The notes beneath the pieces were generated by a model. That model saw nothing but the letters and a program-made list of their open reading frames with translations. It was not told where the DNA came from and made no database searches. Shown piece by piece: positions 1 through 7,427 of a stretch of 64,000 nucleotides of DNA (positions are counted from its first letter, which is position 1; every line of letters begins with the position of its first letter). Position numbers and translations under genes: made by a program. This DNA is from Candidatus Micrarchaeota archaeon (GTDB lineage: Archaea; Micrarchaeota; Micrarchaeia; Micrarchaeales; CABMGC01), in assembly GCA_021792095.1 (NCBI GenBank), contig JAJYVH010000001.1, positions 317,324 through 381,323 on the forward strand, written 5' to 3'.

Positions 1-658
1 ACGTGTCTGTCTCGATGCCCCTAATGACGGCCTCGGCCACCTCGACCGCCGAGCTGGTCCAGCCCGCCCTGTCGATAGGCTTCCCCTTCAGTTCTGTGTC
101 GTGCACCGTCGGAGGCACTATTTCAAAGACGCGGATGCCGACGGGCTTGAGCTGGTGCCTTAGCGACATTGTGAAAGAGTGCATCGCCGCCTTAGTGGCG
201 CAGTACACCGGAAACGTGGCGAGCGGGACAAAACCAAGGCCGGAGGAGACGTTAATTATGGCGGGGTCCTTTTGCTTTGACAGGAAGGGGATGAACGCTG
301 CAGAGAGATGCACCTGCGCCTTGAAGTTTATGTCTATCTCGTCATCGTTTCCCTCCAGGCCGCGCAGTCCAGACGTCATGTCTATGCGCCTCTGTACGCC
401 TGCGTTGTTGACAAGCATGTTGGTCTCCGGGAACTCCGAGGCTATAGTGTCGTAAAGCGCCCTGCGCTCGTTTTCCTTGGAAATGTCGCACCTTATCGCG
501 CTCAGCCCCTGGAGCCTGCTCCTGGCCTCAGCCAGTTTGCTCTCCCTCCTCCCGCAGATTATCACCTTGTTGCCTGCAGCCGCGAACCTTTCCGTCATGG
601 CGAACCCTATGCCAGTGGCACCGCCTGTTATGAGCACCGTGTTTCCGCTTGTTTTCAT
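1..658 (-). CDS. short-chain dehydrogenase/reductase (SDR); the 3' end of the gene lies beyond the window start
   Basis: Not in the ORF track because no stop falls in the window. My translation of the minus strand from ATG (656-658) gives MKTSGNTVLITGGATGIGFA... This shows the TGxxxGxG Rossmann motif, NNAG, and a YCATK (YxxxK) catalytic motif. Confidence 0.85.
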   Translation of the reverse strand, partial: MKTSGNTVLITGGATGIGFAMTERFAAAGNKVIICGRRESKLAEARSRLQGLSAIRCDISKENERRALYDTIASEFPETNMLVNNAGVQRRIDMTSGLRGLEGNDDEIDINFKAQVHLSAAFIPFLSKQKDPAIINVSSGLGFVPLATFPVYCATKAAMHSFTMSLRHQLKPVGIRVFEIVPPTVHDTELKGKPIDRAGWTSSAVEVAEAVIRGIETDT

Positions 659-698
659 TCTTTCACTCTTAGCGCCAAACCGTAAACAACGAATCGCG

Positions 699-1085
699 TC
701 AATGCGCAAGCAGCCCCGGCACAATGAACACGGCCACCATGAGGTCCACGAACACTATGAGCGTTATGGCTGCGTAGAGCCTGTTCCTCTCGTACGCGAA
801 CACAAGCACCGACATGAGCACGCGGACCACCGGCGTGGCTATCAGCACTATGAGCCCGAGCAGCACAAAATCGGCCCCCTGGAGCGCGAAAATGCCTTGG
901 CTTATTTCCGCAGCCGAGAACATTGACTGGCCAACCACAACATGTCCATTTGCGATCTCGCCCAGCGTAAATCCGTTGCTTCCGTTGTTTGCGAAAATAA
1001 GCGCGACCCCTGCAACCACGAACAGCAGGCTCGCAACAACCCCTGTGATCAGCACGTAAGAGATAGTGTCGTTAATCTCCATCAT
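699..1085 (-). CDS. small integral membrane protein, DUF1634-like
   Basis: 128-aa ORF with 3-4 hydrophobic helices. It overlaps the upstream TauE/SafE gene by 4 nt, which I recall as the usual DUF81-DUF1634 pairing. Confidence 0.6.
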   Translation of the reverse strand: MMEINDTISYVLITGVVASLLFVVAGVALIFANNGSNGFTLGEIANGHVVVGQSMFSAAEISQGIFALQGADFVLLGLIVLIATPVVRVLMSVLVFAYERNRLYAAITLIVFVDLMVAVFIVPGLLAH

Positions 1086-1936
1086 GCAACACCCAATCCT
1101 CTGAGCAGCATCTCGATGCCTATAATGCCGAGCAGCAGCAGGAACAGCAGCCGCACGCTCCTGCTTCCTGTCCTCTGGAGCATTTTGGAGCCGAGGTACG
1201 CCCCGAGCAGTATGCCTATGACCACCGGGGCCGTCACGAAAGGCTGTATGTATCCCAGCGCCCAGTACACTGCGCTGCCAGCTGCAGCAGTAACGCCTAT
1301 CATGAAATCGCTAGTGGAGGTTGTGACCTTGATAGGCAGCTTCATGCCCCAGTCCATGCCTATGACCTTTAGCACCCCTGATCCTATACCCAGCAGGCCT
1401 GACACCAATCCGGCGACGCCCATGACCGCCTCGCCCAGCCACCACCTGTAGCCCGAGTACCTTATCGCCTTCCCCTCCGCCTCGTCGTAGTAGCTGCCGG
1501 AGAGCTGGAAGAAGCTGGTGCTCCAGTCCTTGTGCATCCTGCTCCTGCGGTGCCGCTCATACGCGGCGAACGTGGGGTACAGCATCAGGAGCAGTATTAC
1601 GCCGAACAGCACGAACAGGTAGCTGCTTATGCCGTGCGTGTAAATGTATGCGGCGAGGAGCGCGCCGGCTATGGCGCCGAGCGTTGTGGCGACCTCCAGG
1701 GACATGCCTATCTTTATGTTGGCTAGCCTGTCCTTCACGTAGGCGCTCGCTGCTCCGCTCGACGTGGCTATCGTGGCTATGAGGCTGGCTCCGGCTGCGT
1801 ACTCGAGCGGCACGCCGAAAAGAAGCGTGAGCGCAGGTATCACCACCACCCCGCCGCCCAGTCCGCTCATCGCGCCCACTATGCCGGCCAGGAACCCGGC
1901 AAGCAGCAAGGCGACAAAATAGAGTATGAACAGCAT
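1082..1936 (-). CDS. TauE/SafE (DUF81) family anion/sulfite exporter permease
   Basis: 284-aa polytopic ORF. It has the N-terminal GxxGxxSGLGGGVVxIP motif and internal-repeat architecture typical of TauE/SafE. Confidence 0.8.
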   Translation of the reverse strand: MLFILYFVALLLAGFLAGIVGAMSGLGGGVVVIPALTLLFGVPLEYAAGASLIATIATSSGAASAYVKDRLANIKIGMSLEVATTLGAIAGALLAAYIYTHGISSYLFVLFGVILLLMLYPTFAAYERHRRSRMHKDWSTSFFQLSGSYYDEAEGKAIRYSGYRWWLGEAVMGVAGLVSGLLGIGSGVLKVIGMDWGMKLPIKVTTSTSDFMIGVTAAAGSAVYWALGYIQPFVTAPVVIGILLGAYLGSKMLQRTGSRSVRLLFLLLLGIIGIEMLLRGLGVA

Positions 1937-2011
1937 GCCTTTCAGTGATTATCAGCTGGAATAATTTATATAACAGGGATTTTTCGGCGTGCAGAGCGTC
2001 CTTACCAGCAT

Positions 2012-2575
2012 TCACTTCCAGATCTTGACTACCTCCACCTTGAATATCAGGGTGTCTCCTGCCAAGGGAGGATTGAAGTCTATGGTGGCGTTGGTCGCGT
2101 TCACGGCTGTCACTATCCCCGTGCTCCTGCCGTCCGACACCTGCCTGCCGACAACCGGCGTGCTGTTACCGAACGCGTTTATAGGGAACGAGACGAAAAG
2201 CGATGCGTTGACTTCTCCATAAGCCTCGGCTGGCGGAAGCGTAAGCGTCTTGTTCTCCCCGACCTTCATGCCTATCACGCCCTGGTCGAAGCCCGGTATC
2301 AGCTGCCCAGCCCCCACTGTGAAGTTGAGAGGCTGTCCGCCGAAGTTTGAGCTGAAAACTGTGCCGTTCGTGAAAGCGCCGGTATAGTAAACGCTCACGT
2401 TGTCGCCGATGGCCACCACCTGCGCCGTTCCGAACAGCAGGTAGGCCGCGGCAACAACCACTATGATTATGGTAGCCGCGCCTGCATACAGCCAGTTTGT
2501 TTTAGTGTTGCCTCTCTTCCTGCCTTCGGCAGGCGCCTGTTTGGATGGTGCGTTCGCCGTTGTTTTTTCGTCCAT
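2012..2575 (-). CDS. membrane-anchored FKBP-type peptidyl-prolyl cis-trans isomerase
   Basis: FKBP core sequence GDNVSVYYTGAFTNGTVFSSNFGGQPLNFTVGAGQLIPGFDQGVIGMKVGE. An N-terminal TM helix is present. Start chosen at the internal ATG (2573-2575, MDEKTT); the ORF extends to 2665. Confidence 0.85.
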   Translation of the reverse strand: MDEKTTANAPSKQAPAEGRKRGNTKTNWLYAGAATIIIVVVAAAYLLFGTAQVVAIGDNVSVYYTGAFTNGTVFSSNFGGQPLNFTVGAGQLIPGFDQGVIGMKVGENKTLTLPPAEAYGEVNASLFVSFPINAFGNSTPVVGRQVSDGRSTGIVTAVNATNATIDFNPPLAGDTLIFKVEVVKIWK

Positions 2576-2736
2576 AATTTCACGCGTGCCCTGTGGGTTT
2601 GTTATGGTATGCGCCTTTCGCCTTTTAAAGCATCCTGCTGTGCTTCGGGCCGGATCCAGATGCAAGCGCTAGGAGCGCAAGGTGTGTCCAAGCATATTAT
2701 AAAAAAACGTGTTCTGCGGGAGCAGAACCTGAAGCG

Positions 2737-2750
2737 CATCGCCCGAAGCA
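2737..2750 (+). repeat. att-like direct repeat, distal copy (CATCGCCCGAAGCA)
   Basis: Identical to 6655-6668. The extended alignment 2728-2750 vs 6646-6668 matches at 20/23 positions. Confidence 0.8.
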
Positions 2751-2894
2751 CAAGATGTGCGTGAGGCACATCTCCGACAAGAAGGATTTTTATACCGTCG
2801 ATTTTTAGCCTATTTTGGCATATAAGTGTGTATACCAGATATACATTCATTTAAATGAATTTACACGAGTGTATATCGTTTACATTCATGTATG

Positions 2895-3947
2895 TTATTT
2901 AAAGTATAGTGGGCGTGGGTGCTTGGGCGTGCGTGGTAGGTATGCGTATAGCACTATCGCACCCTTCTCAAGCCTTACGTTTATTCGTTTTATGGCATTT
3001 ACCTTTCCAGGAAGCTCGTTGTATATCTTGTTTCTAAGCGCCCTTGAAAAGGAATACTTGATGATGTCGTCGTCTTCGTAGCGCTCGGAGGTCTTCTTCA
3101 TTAAAGGTATTCTTTCCTTGTAGCTTATGCGTCCATTGGACTGCTTTAAGTTTAACACCTTCATGGCGTCTTTTGAGAGTTCCGCAGTATTTACACTGAT
3201 TTTTATTTTATGAGATGCAAGCTGAGGTTGTTTGAGAGGATGAGGCTTTCCATCCTTGAAGTTCATAAGTTTGTATTCAGTCTTCTTTTTGTTGTAGCTT
3301 GATCCCCAGTGCTCCAGTGACCAGATTGGCAGATGCTGGTCTAGCATGTATATCTTGCTCTTAATCCTGATTCCTGCTGCAACATGCCCAGGGGAGAAAG
3401 CAAAATATATCTCGTTCTTGACATACAGGTTTAAGAGCAGGCATGCTGTCAGCTTTGCATAATCTCTGCATACCCCTAGTTTATACTTTATAACCTTCTC
3501 AACAGGTAGGCTGGGCTGAAGGGAATACCAGACAAACCTGAATAATGTTACAACTTTGTTTTTATCTTCCAGGTTGAAGATATGCGTGTTCCATATTAGG
3601 AGCATGACGATTCCGATGAATGCTGACAAGAACATGCCAAATGTCAGGATAACTAGGTTCCTTATTAGATAGATATCTGCTGTTGAATAGATGGCAGGAT
3701 TAATCGGATGAAAAATTGTGAAGACAGCCCAGACGCAGAATATAAACAGGAACCCGAAGCTTATAATCAAAGACCAAGGAGCAAGGGGCCATCGCTCAGT
3801 CCAAAAGTATATGTTCTTGTCTTGCCACTCTAAAATATTAGTCAGTGTCTCTTTGTCTGAGTTACCTTTGAGCTTTTTGGCTAGGCGCATGACCTCCTTG
3901 TCCTTGAGTTCCTTTAAGGTTGGGTGATATCCAATATCCTTGTCCAT
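2895..3947 (-). CDS. transglutaminase-like (papain-fold Cys-His-Asp core) polytopic membrane protein
   Basis: 350-aa ORF in the AT-rich island. It has a central cluster of TM helices. GVCRDYAKLTACLLLN followed by PGHVAAGIRI resembles the transglutaminase-like core Cys and His. Confidence 0.55.
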   Translation of the reverse strand: MDKDIGYHPTLKELKDKEVMRLAKKLKGNSDKETLTNILEWQDKNIYFWTERWPLAPWSLIISFGFLFIFCVWAVFTIFHPINPAIYSTADIYLIRNLVILTFGMFLSAFIGIVMLLIWNTHIFNLEDKNKVVTLFRFVWYSLQPSLPVEKVIKYKLGVCRDYAKLTACLLLNLYVKNEIYFAFSPGHVAAGIRIKSKIYMLDQHLPIWSLEHWGSSYNKKKTEYKLMNFKDGKPHPLKQPQLASHKIKISVNTAELSKDAMKVLNLKQSNGRISYKERIPLMKKTSERYEDDDIIKYSFSRALRNKIYNELPGKVNAIKRINVRLEKGAIVLYAYLPRTPKHPRPLYFK

Positions 3948-4946
3948 TCATAACGCCCGTCTAATAAATTCGCATTTTTCTCCGAATACAGGATATCTAT
4001 CCATATCGACGAGGGTCTTTGAAATCTTACTAAACGATGTATCTATTTCTTTGTCCTTTTCTTTAATCTTACTAATTAAAGATTCGAGTTCTTTATTTTT
4101 GGCATTAGAAGGTTCCTTCTGTAAAGCCTCGAAGATCGCCGTATATTTCTCTGCCTTTTTCGGGTCGTTAGATATGGCTATCCCACCACTGAACGTGCCA
4201 TTATTTTTAGTTAAAGTGACTTGATATCCCTTTGCCATAGACTGAGTTTCTGGTATGCTCCAGTTCATTTCTTGAATTTTTATCTGTTGGCTCTTATCGA
4301 CGCCAGCCACATAACTAGAGAACAACGCATCAACAAACCAGAGATTTAATACATCTGTGCCTTTGTAGTTGTAATCGATTGTTGTTGACAGACCTGCTTT
4401 CTCGAGTTCTTTCATTGCAAGTTCTTCGATATACTTATGCAGGCCATTAAGCTGCTTCTCAAAATCGTTAACCGTTGTGCAGTAACTATTCCAGTCTCCT
4501 AACAGGTTTTTGTATTTCTCTCCTAGATGATTTTGTGTGAGGTCAGAGTATAGTATATCGTTATTGATATTTTCAGGAGCATACTGCGGTCTAGTAAAGT
4601 TTAATTCGTTTTTCTGGAACTGTGCGCCCATTAGCGGTATAATTTTATAATAAAACCCTTCATTTACACGTTTCCACTCGGCGATGAATTTATGCAGATC
4701 TTCAGAGTGCTTAATCTTAACATCCATAATCAAGGATTCGCTAGAGTAGTATATGCTGAAAGCCGCTATGATGAGCGCTGCCCAAGCAGGAATATCTGTG
4801 AACGGAATCAGACCTAGATACACAACTACTAGTAGTATGACAAAGGCGATAATGGCATAACTTATGTGTTTTGTTAAGAGTGTCATTGGTTTCTCACTTT
4901 TAAAGTAAAATGGTAGCCGCCATATTAATATGTGCACCCGAATCAT
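3948..4946 (-). CDS. hypothetical membrane-anchored protein (element cargo)
   Basis: 332-aa ORF with two N-terminal TM helices and a K/E-rich C-terminal coiled-coil-like tail. I recognise no family. Its ATG overlaps the PCNA stop (ATGA). An alternative start is at MTLLTK (4886). Confidence 0.5.
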   Translation of the reverse strand: MIRVHILIWRLPFYFKSEKPMTLLTKHISYAIIAFVILLVVVYLGLIPFTDIPAWAALIIAAFSIYYSSESLIMDVKIKHSEDLHKFIAEWKRVNEGFYYKIIPLMGAQFQKNELNFTRPQYAPENINNDILYSDLTQNHLGEKYKNLLGDWNSYCTTVNDFEKQLNGLHKYIEELAMKELEKAGLSTTIDYNYKGTDVLNLWFVDALFSSYVAGVDKSQQIKIQEMNWSIPETQSMAKGYQVTLTKNNGTFSGGIAISNDPKKAEKYTAIFEALQKEPSNAKNKELESLISKIKEKDKEIDTSFSKISKTLVDMDRYPVFGEKCEFIRRAL

Positions 4947-5700
4947 TCATCTTTGATGTATGGGGCTATGTAGTGTGCGAAGTCGACTCCGTCCATGTGA
5001 TAGCTGATTTTGAGGGGCTCTTTTGTAGTAAATTGGATGTTTACGGGCGTGTCCTTCTTCAGCACGGTGAGCATGCTTTCGATGAATCGGTGTTGTATCT
5101 AGAGGTTTGTTCCTGTGCGTCCGACTTCAGCTTTACCTCTATCCTATCGAATATCCTGCTGGACTCCTCTTCATCCCTTCCTATCGTTGTCAGCGTAAGA
5201 TTTTCCTTTGTTATTTGAAATGTTGTGTGTCCCTTTTTGCCTACCTTGATAAGTTCGTGGACGCTTTTCTGCAACAGCTTGCCATCAATCTCCGCTTCGG
5301 ACTTGAATGCAACACTCGGCTCCTTCTCCACATACCTTGTGACATTTTCTATTAGGACGCTGCCTACGTGTCCTCCGCATTTCAGATTTAATCTCCTTTT
5401 GCCGTCTTTTTCCAGCACGGTCGCAGTCAGTTCCTTGTCATTCGGCATACCTTCGATAAGCTTTGAAACCCTCTCCAAATCTATACCAAGCTCCTCAGGA
5501 CTGCCAAACCTGTACGAGATGAATTGCGCTTTTGGAATGCGAGCCACGATCATCGCTATTCCGCTTGACTCCATCTGCTTTATTTCGATGCCATTCATAT
5601 CGACCTTGATTAAGGCCTTCTTGTCCCTCCCATCATCTTTGAGGCTGACCGCTCCTTCGATCAGCTCCTTGAATGGCTGGGCGTTTATTACAAGGAACAC
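4943..5700 (-). pseudogene. PCNA-like DNA sliding clamp, interrupted by a 1-nt frameshift
   Basis: Frame A (5059-5700, GTG at 5698-5700) reads (M)FLVINAQPFKELIEGAVSLKDDG...IKVDMNGIEIKQMESSGIAMIVARIPKAQF...SRYNTD. A second frame (4943-~5086) reads FIESMLTVLKKDTPVNIQFTTKEPLKISYHMDGVDFAHYIAPYIKDE*. Together they match a full-length archaeal PCNA layout. Confidence 0.7.
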
Positions 5701-5713
5701 GGTGCCCGTATAA

Positions 5714-5787
5714 CTTATTCCATTCTCGGATTTTGAGGCTCTACTTATTCCATTTTGAGCAGGATTTTGGGCTGCGCTTATTCCATT
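5714..5787. repeat. three 11-bp direct repeats CTTATTCCATT (iteron/operator-like)
   Basis: Copies lie at 5714-5724, 5744-5754 and 5777-5787, spaced 30 and 33 bp apart. They sit between the integrase remnant and the PCNA GTG start. Confidence 0.7.
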
Positions 5788-5789
5788 TT

Positions 5790-6591
5790 TGGTAAGCTCG
5801 AAATAGCGGTTGGAGGTAGCTCCGTGGCCTATGACCCTAAGGAGCTTCCTTGCGGAGTCATCGGTCATAGGCTTATCCTTGCCCTTGCTACTGCCTATCT
5901 GCCTCTAGATTATCTGGTCGTCCCTTAAGTCCTTTATGGCATTCAGGTAGGTTACGGTCAGCGAGACTGACATAAGCAGCGGTACCTTCCTCCAGCCTGT
6001 CTTGCCCGTTATTGTGAGCTTCGCTGGCTGCACTGTCAGGTCTAAGTCTTTCTTCCTGACTCCCATTATCTCCCCTATCCTGCAGCCTGTTTCATATAAG
6101 AGGCTAAGGAAGAACTTGTCCCTGAGGTTTATGGCTGCGTCCAGCATCTTAACGATTTCCTGTTCCGTGAGTATGTTGTCTGGCATAAGGTTCTTTCTGG
6201 TTTTGTTCGTTATTTTCATCCAGGCTGTCACTGGGGGCTGATATACGCCCTCTCCCAACAGCTCCTTGTAGAAAACCTTCCAGACCGCCTGGAAATGGAG
6301 CCTGGATTCCATGCTATATGGCGGATCGCAGGAGTTTATGAACGCTGCGGCCTTTTCCATATCCCGTTTTGTTACCTCCTTTAGGTCTTTGTCATAACCT
6401 AGGGCCTCCATCAGCTTTAGAATGCCGTAAATATGCCGTATAACGCTACGTGGGTGCATATTCTTGGCCTTTAGCAGTGTTACGTGGTCTTCGATATAGC
6501 GCCTATTTTGCGCAATTATACGCACGTCAGCTAAAACCCTGTCATAGAGGCGGTTGGCCAGCCTTTGCCAATAGTCGATGTCGTTTGTCAT
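5790..6591 (-). pseudogene. tyrosine recombinase/integrase, decayed (in-frame TAG and missing catalytic region)
   Basis: ORF 5905-6591 carries the box I motif ETGCRIGEI and LTITGKTGWRKVPL, then stops at TAG. The same frame continues after 12 codons as ...DDSARKLLRVIGHGATSNRY, which resembles the LGH...Y C-terminal box. No HxxR box is present. Confidence 0.7.
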
Positions 6592-6654
6592 CGACGTGAC
6601 ATTGTGCCAGCGATGAATATTTATATCTTGTCCCGTAGGGGTCGTGCTTGAAGG

Positions 6655-6668
6655 CCATCGCCCGAAGC
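6655..6668 (+). repeat. att-like direct repeat, tRNA-proximal copy
   Basis: CATCGCCCGAAGCA. Positions 6658-6668 are the 3' end of tRNA-Asn. Confidence 0.8.
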
Positions 6669-6729
6669 AGGGATCGGACCTGCGACCTACTGGTTAACAG
6701 CCAGCCGCTCTACCGCTGAGCTATTCGGG
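6658..6729 (-). tRNA. tRNA-Asn(GTT)
   Basis: Manual cloverleaf: acceptor GCCCGAA/TTCGGGC, anticodon stem-loop GCTGG-CTGTTAA-CCAGT, T arm GCAGG-TCCGATC-CCTGC. No CCA is encoded. Confidence 0.9.
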
Positions 6730-6740
6730 CATGAAAAGGC

Positions 6741-7418
6741 TTAGCCTTTCAGGAAAGGAAATGGCTCTGCAAGATTAATTACCTTTGCGTATACGTAGGC
6801 GTGGCTCTCCATCGACCTCACGAAGCACAGCGAGTTGTCCTTGTAATCGTACCTCGCGAAGTTGCCCTCCGGCTTTGAGCCTAGCCTGGAGTAGTACACT
6901 GTAAGCTTGTCGTCGGCCAGCGCGCCAAGCGCGTTGAACGCCACTATTCTCTTCGCTCCCGCTCCTGTAGCGTACACGCACGCCATGCTCTCGTCCCTCA
7001 CCGATTTCCTGGCTATGGCCCCTACAAGGTCCTCGGGCTTCTCGACGTTTATCAGCACTATGCCTTTCTTGTCAGGTTCAGCGCTCTCGCGGTATGCGCT
7101 CAGGTCGGCGTGGACGACGTTTATGTAATGCTTGCCCGTTTGGTCTGCGCTGCCCACGAAGCGGGCGCTCTCCCCTGTTTCGCCGTTGCCCGGCTCGTAG
7201 AGCAGTATGGAGCCGTCGCCTCTGGATTCTACGTAGTACGCGAGCTGCGTATCGCCGATGTGCTCTCCGAGCGCGATGAGCCTGTTGCCAGATCTGTGCC
7301 TGTACATGATGAGGGGTTCAGCCGTGAAGTCGAAATTGCACGCATGCCTGCATATGTCCTCCAGCGACGCTGCCTTCACATAAAGCAGTCTGCCCTGTTC
7401 TTGCTTCTTCTTCGGCAT
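6741..7418 (-). CDS. hypothetical protein
   Basis: 225-aa ORF with host-like GC content. No motif recognised. Confidence 0.5.
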   Translation of the reverse strand: MPKKKQEQGRLLYVKAASLEDICRHACNFDFTAEPLIMYRHRSGNRLIALGEHIGDTQLAYYVESRGDGSILLYEPGNGETGESARFVGSADQTGKHYINVVHADLSAYRESAEPDKKGIVLINVEKPEDLVGAIARKSVRDESMACVYATGAGAKRIVAFNALGALADDKLTVYYSRLGSKPEGNFARYDYKDNSLCFVRSMESHAYVYAKVINLAEPFPFLKG

Positions 7419-7427
7419 CTATATCAG

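Larger units (their letters stand above)
2737..6668. mobile_element. ~3.9-kb AT-rich integrated element remnant at the 3' end of tRNA-Asn
   Basis: Bounded by the exact 14-bp direct repeat CATCGCCCGAAGCA. Composition shifts sharply relative to the flanks. An integrase remnant sits next to the tRNA-proximal repeat. Cargo genes are all on the minus strand. Confidence 0.8.

Noticed and set aside
5701-5868. N-terminal 56 residues of track ORF 5059-5868, including a thrice-repeated NGIS peptide, considered as a real PCNA extension
   Set aside because: The peptide repeat is a by-product of the three 11-bp DNA repeats. The first ~25 residues look like an integrase C-terminal remnant. PCNA homology starts at the in-frame GTG at 5698-5700.
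5905-6729. SSV-type integration, in which the integrase gene is split by its own attP into intN/intC at the element ends
   Set aside because: The intact N-terminus of the int gene faces the tRNA, and the truncation lies at the tRNA-distal side. No int C-terminal half exists at the other element end (2750-2895). The damage is therefore internal decay, not partition by integration.
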